Part shown: one piece after another, positions 13,089 through 26,545 of the stretch
Position numbering within the stretch: the stretch's first letter is position 1
Layout of the letters: each line of letters begins with the position of its first letter
Made by a program: the position numbers and the translations under genes
Notes under the pieces: generated by a model
The model's input: the letters and a program-made list of their open reading frames with translations, nothing else
Databases searched by the model: none
What the model was told of the DNA's origin: nothing
From: Octopus vulgaris
Taxonomy: Eukaryota
Direction of reading: 5' to 3'
DNA length: 64,000 nt
Assembly: GCA_951406725.2 (NCBI GenBank)
Contig: OX597833.1
Span: 47,306,001-47,370,000 of the forward strand

Positions 13089-14079
13089 TTAACTCCTTAG
13101 CATTCAGATTATTTTGTCAACTGTAATGCTTAATTATTCGCATTGCTAGGTGTCATCTCATAGCTTCAAAATTTTGATGATTGTATATTTTCAGAATGAC
13201 ATTGTAGAGTAGGTGTGAGAGGTCAGCTCTGACTAGTTCCAACATAAAACAGGTTGAATATTTGAGCCAGTTATGTCCGGTTTAAATGCTAATGGGTTAA
13301 TGGCTCTACAAAAGACCATAAGTGCCTGATCTGGAATGATAAGTGTGGCTACAAAATTAAATAATTCCATGAAATAAGGTAATGGTTTTGACATTAAGAT
13401 GCTCGGTTAGAACCACTTAAGTTCAACATGTAGCATATTCAGTGTGTTTGATTATAGATGTGATACATGTGTCTGACTGATGGTATTGTTCCCACATGTG
13501 TTACACTATTTACTGATAGGAGGAGGGGCATTCACTTATGAAATCATCTAATCTTCTCCAACGATATAGAAATATGCAAATTAACCCTTTAGTTTTCAGA
13601 TACTCTGTCAAATGTAATCCTTATTTATTCAAACTGTTTAGAATTAATCATGCTTAATCTTGTAGCTTTGATATTTCATTGAGCTGATTGTTTATTTTTA
13701 TGATGATATTTTAGGGTAGGTGTGAGAGGAAGGATCTGGTTAGTTTACACATGAAACAGTAAGAATATTTTGGCTGGACATGACCAGTTTAAAATCCTAA
13801 GGGGTCAAAACAAAAAAATCTTATCTCTGCTTGTATTAGAAATAGGTGTTTAACCCTTTAGTGTTTAAACTGGCCAAATCCGGCCCAATATATTCTACAT
13901 GTTTTATATTCAAACTGGCGATATCTAGCCTCTCACTCCTAACCTACATTGACATTCTAAAAATAAACAATCACATCACTGAAACCTCAAAAGCTATAAG
14001 ATAATGCAGGATTAATTAAAAATAATTTGAGTGAAAAGTTATTACATTTAACAGAGTAATCTGAACATTAAAGGGTTAA
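13089..14079. mobile_element. Three copies of a ~220-bp TTAA-flanked (piggyBac-type) MITE: 13089-13300, 13581-13808, 13850-14079; more at ~2375, 24820, 25293, 27020, 32206, 33330, 39770, 42350, 55410, 55686
   Basis: TTAA-CCCTTTAG...CTAAAGGG-TTAA termini and shared internal sequence in more than 10 copies. Confidence 0.88.
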
Positions 14080-14184
14080 AAAAAAAATGAAAGAAAATTA
14101 TAGTTTTTTTTTATTTACTTTTTTGAAAATCTGCTTTTTTGTGTGTTTTTCTTTTTGTCTGTGTATCTAGTTTTGCTTATATAC

Positions 14185-14217
14185 TTTAACTTTTTTTTTC
14201 TTCTTTTTAATTGCAGG
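14185..14217 (+). promoter_or_regulatory. 3' splice acceptor of the zinc-finger coding exon (exon starts 14217; 109 nt of 5' UTR before the ATG)
   Basis: Branch-like TTTAAC, long polypyrimidine tract TTTTTTTTTCTTCTTTTT, then TTGCAG|G. Implies upstream non-coding exon(s), which were not identified. Confidence 0.75.
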
Positions 14218-14325
14218 CTGCCATTAAACACCAAAGTCTCTGAATCTGACAGAAGGAGCAGTTAACAAATCTAATATTTTAACATCTTCAACCCTTCAAA
14301 GTTACCATTCCCTTCCCCTAGCATC

Positions 14326-16581
14326 ATGTCTGAATTCGATACTGCTTCAGCTGTTATCGTGGACAGCGGCGGTCAGGATTTGAAGTACAACTTCCCCGTG
14401 CATGTACTCATTGAAGAACCACCTTCAAGTGAGTGTATTGACCAAGATGATGAAGATTCCCTGATGCCTTTCGGGGGTAATGGAGATTTTTCAAACTACC
14501 AAACAGCTACCCATAATGGCCACGTATCCGATTCCTTTTTATACCAACAGACCCACTACTATTTACCACAGAATGAAATATCGTCTCTATATGAAATGGC
14601 AAGACGAGAGAGTCTCTACGAACATGGAGATCAGTCTGACTATGGTTATGATGAGTTCAGTATTCCAAACGGAAAGCACGACTATCAGTACCAGGAGAAT
14701 GAAGATTCTTCGGTAGATCAGAAGGACAAAACCATCGTCTCTGGTGTTAACCATACAGCCAGTCACGGCCATAATCATAAAGCAGCCCGAGCTTGTGAGT
14801 ACTGCAACATGAGTTTTGCAAGTACCGATGACCTCGCGCTGCATATGCGAGTTCATTCGGGTGGTAAGCCTTATTTATGCCAACAGTGTGGTAAGACTTT
14901 TAGTGATAGCTCAGCCCTGGCAAGTCACGTGAAGTCCCATACTGTCGAGAAAAGATTCAAGTGTGACTTCTGTGGAAAAGCGTTCACCAGGAACAGTAAC
15001 CTCAGTGACCACATGCGCACACATATTGGCAGAAAGCCGTTCAAATGCGAGACTTGCGGGAAACTATATGCCTTGGAAAACAACTACAATGCTCATATGG
15101 AAACTCATGCCAATGACAAACCTTATAAATGTGATATTTGTAATGTAGAGTTTACCAAACGCAACCTACTCATTTCACACATGGACGGCCACAACAAGGG
15201 CCGTTGCTTTGAATGTCAAAAGTGCCCTAGAAAGTTTGTCACTACGGGGGAGCTTGATTCACATATGAAGTCTGTGCACCCAGAAGCTGTGCCAATAAAG
15301 GACATGTCCGATAACAGTAACTCCCGTTTGAACAATCATGCAGACAACGGTGTTGGTAAAGACGGCAGCGCTCTCAACGACATTGTGCAGCGAGATAGTT
15401 CTGGTAATATAATAGGCCAAATTAGTAGCCCCGTAGTAACTACAACAACTAATGAGAAGAAGAGCTTCCCGTGTGACATTTGCACCAAGTCCTTTACTCG
15501 TCGTAGCAACCTCACCCAACACAAGCGTACCCATAGTGGGGACAAGCCGTATAAGTGTGAGTACTGTGGGAAAACATTTGCAGTGAATAGTAATTTGACT
15601 ATACACATAAGGATGCATACAGGGGACAAGCCTTACAAATGCTGTTTCTGCAGCAAAACTTTTATCGTCAATTCGCATCTCACTGCACACATTAAGTCTC
15701 ATACCACCGATAAGGTGCACAAGTGTGACTACTGCGGCAAGACGTTTCTGCATGCGTGCGACCTCACCGTGCACGTACGTACACACACCGGCGAGAAACC
15801 GTACAAATGTGTTTACTGCGGTAAAGCCTTTGCCCGCAGTAGCCATCTCACTGACCATGTCCGTACTCACCAGAGTGACAACGACTGCAAATGCAGCTTC
15901 TGCGGTCAAGAATTTGACCACCCCGATACGCTGGCGCAGCACGTGAAAACCCACAAAGCGGAAGGTGACGACAGCAGTTCCCTTAGCGAGGCCCCTACTT
16001 TGGCCGTGACGCCGACCCTTGTGCCACAACACTTTCATCATCATCATCATCCTGTGCAACAAGCGCAGCCTCAGCAGCACAAGCATCAGCTGCTCCAGGC
16101 ACAGCAGCAGCACCAACACCAACACAAACCTCAATTGCAACAGCAGCAGCAACATCATCATCATCATCATCAACAATTGCAACAGCAGCAGAAACAACAG
16201 CCACAGCACCAGCAGCAACAGCAGAAAATTCAATTACAGCAGCAGCAGCAACCACAGCAAAAACAGCAACCGCTGCAGCAGCAGCAGCAACAACAACAAC
16301 AGCAGCAGCAGCACCATCACCACATCCATCAGCATCAGGACACATCATCTCGAGTTACGACAACTGCTGCATCGATGCCCCAACCCCTGTCTCAAGAAAT
16401 GTTAAAAGTTGGTGTCGGTACCGGTGCCGAAAACCACACTGACCACCATCACCAGCATCATAACCAGCAGCCACAGCAGCAGCATCAGCATCACCATCCT
16501 CATGGTCATCATCATCATCAGCATGTGCATTTCCATCATCATCATCATCAACCTCATCAGCACTCAGATCCTAAAGTTTAG
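14326..16581 (+). CDS. C2H2 zinc-finger protein, 751 aa: acidic N-terminus, 12 fingers in two arrays of six (~14791-15279 and ~15466-15954), Q/H-rich C-terminal tail
   Basis: Twelve CxxC-x12-HxxxH/HxxxxH motifs with TGEKP-like linkers (SGDKP, TGDKP, TGEKP). Uninterrupted ORF. An in-frame TAA at 14263-14265 upstream fixes the ATG at 14326; TAG stop ends at 16581. Confidence 0.96.
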   Translation: MSEFDTASAVIVDSGGQDLKYNFPVHVLIEEPPSSECIDQDDEDSLMPFGGNGDFSNYQTATHNGHVSDSFLYQQTHYYLPQNEISSLYEMARRESLYEHGDQSDYGYDEFSIPNGKHDYQYQENEDSSVDQKDKTIVSGVNHTASHGHNHKAARACEYCNMSFASTDDLALHMRVHSGGKPYLCQQCGKTFSDSSALASHVKSHTVEKRFKCDFCGKAFTRNSNLSDHMRTHIGRKPFKCETCGKLYALENNYNAHMETHANDKPYKCDICNVEFTKRNLLISHMDGHNKGRCFECQKCPRKFVTTGELDSHMKSVHPEAVPIKDMSDNSNSRLNNHADNGVGKDGSALNDIVQRDSSGNIIGQISSPVVTTTTNEKKSFPCDICTKSFTRRSNLTQHKRTHSGDKPYKCEYCGKTFAVNSNLTIHIRMHTGDKPYKCCFCSKTFIVNSHLTAHIKSHTTDKVHKCDYCGKTFLHACDLTVHVRTHTGEKPYKCVYCGKAFARSSHLTDHVRTHQSDNDCKCSFCGQEFDHPDTLAQHVKTHKAEGDDSSSLSEAPTLAVTPTLVPQHFHHHHHPVQQAQPQQHKHQLLQAQQQHQHQHKPQLQQQQQHHHHHHQQLQQQQKQQPQHQQQQQKIQLQQQQQPQQKQQPLQQQQQQQQQQQQHHHHIHQHQDTSSRVTTTAASMPQPLSQEMLKVGVGTGAENHTDHHHQHHNQQPQQQHQHHHPHGHHHHQHVHFHHHHHQPHQHSDPKV
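16027..16563 (+). repeat. Coding trinucleotide repeats (CAG/CAA/CAT/CAC) encoding poly-Q and poly-H runs
   Basis: Directly visible; two Q/H blocks separated by a ~35-aa unique spacer (DTSSRVTTTAASMPQPLSQEMLKVGVGTGAEN). Confidence 0.95.
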
Positions 16582-18100
16582 GAAAGGAATTATTAAAAAA
16601 AAATGACTTTTTTTTTTCAACAGTCATTATTAATATTATTATTATTATTATTATTTGATTGGCAGAATCATTGGAGCATTGACAAAATGCCTGTGGCATT
16701 TTGTTATGGCTCTTTATGTTTTGAGTTCAAATCCCACCGAGATCAACTTAGCCATTCATCCTTCGACGGGTTGATAAAAAAAAGTACCAGTCATGTACTG
16801 GGGTTGATTGATTTAACCAACTCACCTTTTCTCTTCCCTACATTTCTGGCCTTGTGCCTATATTAGAAACAATTATTTTTATTTCTTTCGATTCGTTGAA
16901 AATTTTTTACAATTTCATATTTATGGGACAGTGGGGGGGATAAAAAAACCGATGAAAAAAGTAAACGAAGATTATTATTGATAAAGAAATAAAAGAAAAG
17001 ATTTTAAAAAAAACTGGGGCTGCAGCTGCTCTCCCTCCCACTGGCTGGAACCAGTAAAAGAGTAAGGCTTTTTGTCCTCCCTCTCCTTCCCCATTTCGAA
17101 TTTCAGAGCTGCTGCTGATGTTTTTAATTTTCATCACCTTATACCCTCTCTAAATGTTTCCCTATCTAAGCCCCCCCCCCCCCCTCGCTGCGACCCACCA
17201 ACCTACCTAACTACCTACCCAAATGATCGAATCATTTAATATTTGAGAGAGGTCGAAAGGGCTGAGAGAATGATGGGGCAATGTTGGAGAAAAAAAAAAT
17301 TTTTTTTTTTTTTTCTCTGTTTATGAAGAAGAAATTTTTTTTAAAGAATAAAATGAATCACTCCTCTCTCTCTCAGACACACACATGTATGCCCCCTCGA
17401 AGATAAAGGGAAAAGAAGCAACAAAAACCAACAAAACCAAAATAATTTTCAAAGATAATCTTCACCGATTTTTTTTTTGTCTTTTATTAAAAGATAAACA
17501 ACAAAAAAACAGTCCCGTTCATAATAACAATACCTTTATATTTTGGTCTATTGCGAAACCGACTATTAATTAATTAAACAATTTTATTTCACACTTTGCT
17601 CGTATAATTTCACACATCTGCCCCCCCCCCCAGTTTTTTTTTTTTGTATTTTTTTCTCGTGTAAAAAAAAAAATACTGCTGCAGGATTTTTTTTTAAACT
17701 TCAGTTTCCATCGAGAACTAATTTTCCCCAAAATATATTTACTTAAACATACATACACACTCACACAAAATTCCCCTTCTCCACAATCACTGGGGAAAAA
17801 AAAATTTAAATAACATGGTGGAAACTGAAATAAAAAAAAAAAATTAAATAATTAAAAAAAACATGAAAGGAAGAAACAGAAATTTTTTTTTAACGATTTA
17901 GCATTTTGCTTTCATTCTTCCCCCCTCCCCCCTCCCTGTCCTTATGATGTAATTTTAGAATTCATTTTTTAAAAAAAAATTTATTTTTTTAACATTTTAA
18001 TGTAGATAAATATCTTTTTCTTTGTATGTAAACGTATATTTATTAGTTGATAATTATAAATATTTTTTTTTGAGTTCCTTTCTCCTTTTCCAACACTTTT
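16582..18100 (+). other. Probable 3' UTR of the zinc-finger gene (end uncertain)
   Basis: Follows the stop codon; mostly non-mobile A/U-homopolymer-rich sequence with several AATAAA hexamers (~16988, ~17347, ~17829) and TGTA motifs. Confidence 0.45.
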
Positions 18101-18408
18101 CGTTGGTATTTTTTAAAAATAGTATTATTACCTCTTTTATCATTATTATTATTAATTAATTATTATTAATAATAATAATGATAATAGTAAGGCAGTGAGC
18201 TGGCAGAATCGTTACAATGCTAGACAAAATGTTTAGCGGCATTTCCATCTGGCTTTACATTCTGAGTTCAAATTCTGCCAAGGTTGACTTTGCCTTTCAT
18301 CCATTCAGGATCTACGAAATAAGTACCAGTTGAACACTGGGCTCAATATAATTAATTTGCCCCATCCCCTGGAATTCCAGGCTTTATACCTATGAGTAGA
18401 AAGGATCA

Positions 18409-18442
<34 letters not shown>

Positions 18443-20484
18443 CAGAAGAAGAATTGTACTTTTTCTAATTGTGTTGCCTGCTGATTTCATTACAATTTTA
18501 TTTTTACTTTACTTTGTACTAAAGTTTAACTAAACTAACCGATAATTTACTTGATGTGGGCTTATTTTTCTGTTTTTTTTTTATTATTATTATTTATTTT
18601 ATTTTCATTTTGTTTTTTAGTTATTATTTGTCATTGAATTCATTGCACAAGAGAAGTAAAGAGGTAAAAGAAAAAGGGTTAACAAACAAACAAACAAGCA
18701 AATAAATCTGTTCCTTCCTTTCTTTCTAATTACTTGGTTAATTGCATTTGTATTTTTATCAGTTGACACCAGACACTTAACTTCTTCGGCAAAAAGGAAG
18801 AAAAATTAACAGCAACTTTTTATTTTTGCATCTTGAGATTGAAATTTTATCCTCCCCCTCTTGCCACACACACACACACACACACACACTTCTTACTGTT
18901 CTTAAATCCAAACAACATTAGTACCATTTATGTGTTTCTGTAGGCACATTCACACACGTACATACACACACTACACTCCCAAATACACGTTTCCAATTTT
19001 TAAGAATGACCGTTTTACAATGCAGAATTATTTTTCCTTCTTCTTTCTTGGAGATTGTAGCAAGGCATCTTTTTCGGACTCAGGATCTGTTCTTTAAATA
19101 TTTTAAATGTTTTTCTCTTAGAAACCACCACCCCACCCTCCCACCAGTGTTCAACAATATCCTTCTATTGCTGGAATTTCTCCTTTTTTTTTCTTTTTTT
19201 CTTCATCTTCTCACGGAGGATGAGAGGGAGGTGTGGGTATTGAAGACTGTTCTCTCTGCCACCACTACCATCACTTAACTTTATAAATAATAGCAGTAGA
19301 CCATCAGCGTGTGTGTGTGTATATAGGTATGTATGTATATGGTGGTTAAATTAAACATACATACACATGCAAGGAATGTAATTTATATTTGTCTAATAAC
19401 TACCCTGTCTTTTACATCTCTATCTGTTCTTTTATTTATCAACTTATTATGTTAAAAAGATATGATTTTATTCAGCAATGTTTAGTAATTTACTATGTAA
19501 GACTGGCATTCAACACACACACACACACACATCCATTTAGGCAAGAAGGTATTGTATTTAATCGTTTGTGTATTTGTCATAATTCTCATCTACAAGGGGA
19601 TATTTTCAAATGTTTCCAAACAAAACCAGTTATTCATTTTTCTAATACCAAGCATCTACTCAGACCTTCCCTTGAATAGCAAACTTTTCCAATTGAACTA
19701 GTCTTTCTCCAGTGCCATTATCTCCTGTGCCATTGTTCACTTGGCAGTCTTTAGTCAACCCAACAGTATTTTGAAACATTTTCATTTTATTTAGATTAGA
19801 TTAGATTAGATTTTCATACACAATCACCTATTTATGAATATGCCTGTAACCAGCTATCTGGTCTTATTTTGTTTTTTTATTTCCTGGCTTTGAGAAGGAA
19901 GAACAGGGCTTCCCAGAATGTTGTGAGTGAAAAGATAGCTTGCAATGATGACGATAACTCATCAGGTATATCCTATGGATTTCCCTTGATCCAATATCAC
20001 TCACACTCTCGGTCAAGCTGAGATAGTGATACTTTGCAGTGGGATTGAACCTGATATCTCATATTTACAATGTAAGCTTTTTAAACACATAGCTATTTCT
20101 GCATCCACAAATATTTGTAGGTTTCTTAAAACAACTTTTTTATTTTTGGTACCCGCAAGTCCCTAATTTGCTCTTAATGTTAAGGACATGAATTTTTAGT
20201 TTTTGTAGTATGTATTCTATTAAACTGGTACAAGGAACAGTAATCATGAGGTTAAGCTGCTGAAGTCTAAGAGTATATGAGTTCAAACCTATTTCATCCA
20301 TTGTGTTATGTCACTTATTAAGGGGTACAAATATTTCACCTGACTGAAAAATATGTTCCTTTCCTGCTTCACATGTAATTAGACAATGGTAGGTTGGACT
20401 TCACTTTAAAATCAATTGCTTCAACAAAGCAAAAAAAAAAAAACTCTGCCCACCCATACTAGCATAGAAAATAAATTATGATCT

Positions 20485-20487
20485 CTG

Positions 20488-20558
<71 letters not shown>

Positions 20559-21069
20559 ATATATATGTATGTATATATGTATATATATATGTATATGTAT
20601 GTATATATATATGTATATGTATATATATATGTATATATGTATATGTATGTATATATATATATATATGTATGTATATATATATATATATGTATGTATATAT
20701 ATATGTATATGTATGTATATGTATGTATGTATATATATATATGTATGTATGTATGTGTATTTATGTATGTATGTATGTGTATATGTATGTATGTATGTGT
20801 ATATATATATATGTATGTGTATATATATATGTATGTGTATATATATATATGTATGTGTATATATATATATATATGTGTATATATATATATGTATGTGTAT
20901 ATATATATATATGTATGTGTATATATATGTATGTATGTATGTGTATATATATGTATGTATGTGTATATATATGTATGTATATATATATATATATGTGTAT
21001 ATATATGTATGTATATATATATATATGTATGTATGTATATATATATATGTATGTGTATATATATGTATG

Positions 21070-21100
<31 letters not shown>

Positions 21101-21119
21101 GTATATGTATATATATATG

Positions 21120-21151
<32 letters not shown>

Positions 21152-21165
21152 TATGTGTGTGTGTG
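20485..21165. repeat. Compound (TC)/(TA)/(TATG) microsatellite
   Basis: Directly visible; source of the Y/I/M/V/C-only ORFs. Confidence 0.97.
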
Positions 21166-22689
21166 CTGCAAAAATAAATCTGCCCTGTCTTGTGTCTGTT
21201 CACATTTTCACATACTCTTGCATGTAACATATCTCTCCCCTGTTCCTCTCTGTACTGACTAGCTTTGAGTCTTCAATACCTAAAGTGTTATCTTTGTTAT
21301 GCCTTTCACATGGTTTGTAATGACTACTTAATCTCAAGAAACCCCTCTGGGGTCAATTAATCTTACTGATCTATTCAAAAATTTAGTTAAAGAGCTTAAC
21401 GAACCTTTTACTCAATGAAACCCATATACAGTCTCCTGCAGTTATGTTTAATCCTTAAATATCACTGCTTCAAGTGATCCATTATGTTGGGTCTCTACTA
21501 AACATTGTAGAACCTCTATTTAATGTTATTTACTTCTGTTTTTATTATTATTATTATTAATTTCAGTGCCTACACATTCAAGTACAGAGTAGGTGGTGGG
21601 ATATTAATTTTCATTCTAAAAGATTTAAAGATTTAATTGCAATTAAAAGTAGGCCTGGAGAGGTTTTTTGGGGGGTTTTTTAACCTAGAACTCTGGTACA
21701 AACAGATAAGGACTCAGCTTTTGGAAACACTATTGAGGCATTAGAATTATTATTATTATTATTATTATTAAGGCAGTAACCTGGCAGAACCATTAGGATG
21801 CTGGGTGAAATGCTTAATGACTTTCCATCAGTCTTTATGATCTGAATCGGAATTCTGCAGAGGTTGACTTTACCTTTCATCCTTTCGGGTCTGATAAAAG
21901 AAGTACCGGTTGGGCATGGGGGTTAATGTTATTTACTACATACCTCTCACAAAATTTCAGATCTTGTGTCTATAGCAGAAAGGCTTATTATTATTATTAT
22001 TATTAAGGCAGTGAGCTGGTAGAATTGTTAGCATACTGGGTAAAATGCTTACTGGCAATTCATCCGTCATGTTCTGATTTCAAATTCTGCCGTGGTTGAC
22101 GTTGCCTTTCATCCTTTTGGGGTCAATAAATTAAGTACCAGTGTAATACTGGGTTTAGTGTAATCAACTAGTCCCCTCCCCCCAAATTTCAGGCTTTGTG
22201 CCTTTAGTAGAAAGGATTATTATGGGCCTCCATGCCGGTGGCACATAAAAAGCACCATCCGACCATGGCCATTTGCCAGCCTCGCCTGGCACGTAAAAAG
22301 CACCCACTACACTCACGGAGTGGTTGGCGTTAGGAAGGGCATCCAGCCATAGAAACATTGCCAGATCAGACTGGGCCTGGTGCAGCCTTCTGGCTTCCCA
22401 GACCCCAGTTGAACCGGCCAACCCATGCTAGCATGGAAAGCAGACGCTAAATGATGATGATGATGATTAGGACGGGGAGCTAATCATTAGCATGTTGGAC
22501 AAAATGCTTAGTGGTGTTTCTTGGCTCGTTATGTTCTCAGTTCAAATTTCACCGAGATTGACTTCACCTTTTTATCCCTTCAGGGTTGATAAAATAAGTA
22601 CCAATTGAGGGTTGGAGGTCAATGTAAAATTGCCAACCTTGTGCCAAAAATTTGAAACAATTATTAATCTTCCCAATTGGGAATTAAAG

Positions 22690-23120
22690 CTTTGAAGATT
22701 CAGCACTATTCAGATTGGTTTTTAACAACTTTGTACCTTTGCCTAGTGTAAGATGCATTTCTCTCTACTGCTCTCCTTCCACTGTTTTATGTCAGATGTT
22801 CATTGGCCATCCGGGACTTAGTTTTTCAGGTAGTGTCTATTTTATAGTTACCTTTGGCAACCTTTTCTGGTTTAGTCTGATTTTGTGGCCTAGCCATCTG
22901 AATTGTCCATGCTTTATTTTAAAGACTACCCTTTGTCAACTAGGTTTCTCATTTAATACTTGGTTGGACCAGAAGATAGAGCAACATTTTTCCAAGGCAT
23001 CTATTGTGGAAAGTATTAATCTTGTTCACATCTCTTTTTACCGCTGACCATGTTCTGAGACACACATCAAACCAGAACTGACGTTGCTGTTATAAAGTCC
23101 AGTCTTAGTCCTAAGACTGT
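22690..23120 (-). mobile_element. Decayed RTE-group LINE 3' fragment
   Basis: Minus strand carries LRWLGH...PKV-like and W..TV.GE-like remnants of a LINE ORF2 C-terminus. Confidence 0.45.
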
Positions 23121-26100
23121 TCTCTTATTTTCTACTTGTTTCAGTCATTGGACTAGGACCATTCTGGGGGCACCCCCTTAAATGGTTCTATTCAAACAAA
23201 TCAATCCTAGTACTTATTTTATCAGTCATTTTTGCTGAACCACTAGGTTATGGGGATGTACGCAAGCCAACACTGGTTGTCAAGCAGTGGTGATGGACAA
23301 GCAGAACAAATACACAAACACATTTATATGACAGTCTTCCACCCAGTTTTTGTCTACCAGATTCATTCACAAGACATTGGTCAGTCTGAAGCTATAGTAG
23401 AAGACACTTTCCTAAGTGGCCATGAAGTAGGACTGAATTTGAAACTGTATATTTTGCAAAGCGAACTTCTTATAATCACATGGCCACGCCTGTCTGGATA
23501 TCTTGCAAATGTCCCACAAGCTTTGGTGTACCTCATTGACTTTACTGATAAAGTTTCTTAGACATGTAAAGTCACCTCATAGTTTAGTACTTCGCTAATG
23601 GTAGTAAATAGAAGCAGGCTTACTCTCTTTTACTTGTTTCAGTCATTTGACTGTGGCCATGCTGGAGCACCACCTTTAGTCGAGCAACTCGACCCTGGGA
23701 CTTATTCTTCTTTGTTAAGCCTAGTACTTATTCTATCGGTCTCTTTTGCCGAACCGCTAAGTGACGGGGACATAAACACACCAGCATCGGTTGTCAAGCA
23801 ATGCTAGGGGGACAAAGACAGACACACAAACATACACGCACACAAACATATATATATATATATATATATATACATACAACGGGCTTCTTTCAGTTTCCGT
23901 CTACCAAATCCACTCACAAGCCTTTGGTCGGCCCGAGGCTATAGTAGAAGACACTTGCCCAAGGTGCCACACTGTGGGACTGAACCCGGAACCATGTAGT
24001 TGGTAAATAAGCTACTTACCACACAGCCACTCCTGCACCTTAAGGCTTGCTTAAGTTTATGCAGCATACTGTTGCCACACAATTTGGAGGAGGTGGGGGC
24101 ACGTTTGAATCAGTCAGACATGGTGCTTTAAACAAGTACTTATTTTAACAATGAAAGGCAAACTAAATCACTATAGGGTTTGGATCCAGAACATAAAGGA
24201 ATGAAATTAAATACCACAAGACTTTATATTTAGTGCTCCATCTGTTCCACTGTTAGTCCTTGTGATGCAAATAATAATTCCTTACAATTTTTTTTTTTTT
24301 TCCTGCTTTATACCTTGGTCAGAGAAGGATCAGTAGCATCAGATTTTTTTTTTTTGCAGTGCCTGTGAAACTGATGGAAGGAAGGGTGGTGGTTATCTGC
24401 AGACCTGAGGCTTGGTATGAATGCTTATGATAGCAGAACCCGATAAAGGCACTCAACACTTAAAGGGTAAAGACCTCCTTTGGTCATGAATGACCATGGG
24501 ATTGCACCTAGAAAGTTACCCTCTGAGGCACAAGGTTGTTTATGGAAGACTAGCAGTCGCCCATACATACCAGTCTCCACTCTCCACACCACCGATATTG
24601 TCCAAAGAAAAGGCAAACACTGATACAACTTGGCACCAGTGACATTGCGACCCATTTCTACAGCTGAGTGAACTGGAGCAACATGAAATAAAATGTCTTG
24701 CTCAAGAACATAATACTCAGCCCAGTCCAGGAATCAAACTCACTACCCCATGATTGTGAGCCTGACACTCTAAACACTGAGCCATCTAAATTGTTGTGTT
24801 AAACTGGGTGACAGATGAACCCATCAGCATTTAAACCAGCTTTATCCAGCCAAAATATTCTACCTGTCTTATGGCCAAGCTAGTCAGATCCACCTCTCAC
24901 ATCATAAACTCAAGGCTATGAGATAATGCATGATTAATTCAAAACAACGTGAATAAATAAGCATTACGTTTGGTAGAAAAATCTGGATGCTGAAGGTTAA
25001 ATCAACCGTCCCCAAATAAGATCTGTCTCTCTGACAGGGTTCCACAAAATTTCTGTCTTCCAAAGTTCATTCTTGAGGCTTTGGTCAACCTGAAGTTATT
25101 GCGAAAGACACTTCTCTAAGGTTTCCTGTGCTATGGGATTGAACCCAAAATTGCATAGTTTTGAAACAAACTTGTTAACCACAGAGCCATACCTGCACCC
25201 ATATAAATATATTAGTCTATACATCATTGTTGATAGGGGGAAAGCATTTGTGAGCCATAATACATTTCGCAAGTGATTGATCTCAATTGACTAAACCCTT
25301 TAGCAATTTAAACCAGCCAGATCAGGTCTTTCACACCTACCTTACAATGTCATTTGAAATATAAACAATCAAAATCTCAAAGCCTACAAGATAATGCATG
25401 AAGAATACAAATGATATTGAATAAATAAGCATTACATTTGACAGAATAATCTCACTGCTAAGGGGTATCTCCTAATATATTATATATTTTAAAGACCCTA
25501 TTTGGATGAAAGATAACAATCAGGATTTGGATTCAAAACTTCAAGGGACCAAACTAAGTAGTTCTATTCTGGTAATTTACTGTCTCAGATGCTTCTGTTA
25601 ATAATAATCCCTAAGTTGGTCCTGGCTGAATTTTAACTCAGAATTAAATACAGTAAAATACTTAGTTTAATTAATTAAATTTCCTTGGTCTTCAATTGAA
25701 ATTCCTCCCTCTCCACAACATCCTTTTGTATTAATGACTTCCATCTAATGATCAAATATGACGAGCTTTACTAGTGGAGACTAGCTTTCTGCAGATACCC
25801 TCTCTGATTTGTAGGATAAGGTTAGGATTAAAGTTAAGGATGAGCCATGATGTTTGTGGTGATCTGCCTGTGACACTATCGTAGACAGTAACAGTCTGTG
25901 CAAAAGTGAACTTCGGTTAAAAACGTGTTTATCCATTCAATCACCTCTTGCCAAAACCTTTCAAATAACTGGGGAATTCTTGATATCCAGATTTGCGTCT
26001 TTCTTTGCTGCTTCTTGTAATATTAGACATTTCTAACCTTTTGGTAACAAAACCCACAACTGCTTCTACATTAAAGGCAATGGGTCTGTTCTTTTTATGA

Positions 26101-26545
26101 AAAGTTAAATAAATAAGGGTATTATCTTCTATATTTTACTTACTTCAGTCACTTGACTATGACCAAGCTGGGGCAGCACCTTGGAGAATTTTAGTCAAAT
26201 GAATTAACCCGGGTACTTATTTTTTAAGCCTGGTACTTATTCTATCAGTCCCTTTTGCTGAACTACTAAGTTTTGGTGACATAAACACACTAATATCAGT
26301 TGTCAATTAGTGGTGAGGACAAACAGGCACACACACATGTACAACAGATTTCTTTCAGTTTCTACCTACCAAATCCACTCAAGGCTTTGGTAGAAGATAC
26401 TTACCCAAGGTACCATGCAGTGAGACTGAACCCAGAACCATGTGGTTGAGAAACAAACTTCTGATAACACAGCAAAAAGTATATATATGTAAATCTGATT
26501 CAAAATAGATATAAATGGTTCCCCCAGTATGAACATCTGTTGACT

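Noticed and set aside
15259-16233. 324-aa antisense ORF overlapping the zinc-finger gene
   Set aside because: Shadow ORF produced by the codon pattern of the zinc-finger and CAG/CAT repeats (poly-L/M); no independent domain.
16036-16560. Idea that the coding (CAT)n runs derive from the (CAT/GAT)n tails of RTE retrocopies
   Set aside because: No RTE 3' sequence (CGTTTAACGTCCGC) adjoins them; mixed CAT/CAC/CAG/CAA codons fit ordinary slippage.
20421-21262. Long ORFs of Y/I/H/T or Y/V/C/M in many frames (also at 36, 43-47, 53-54 and 59 kb)
   Set aside because: Translations of TA/TG microsatellites, which lack stop codons.
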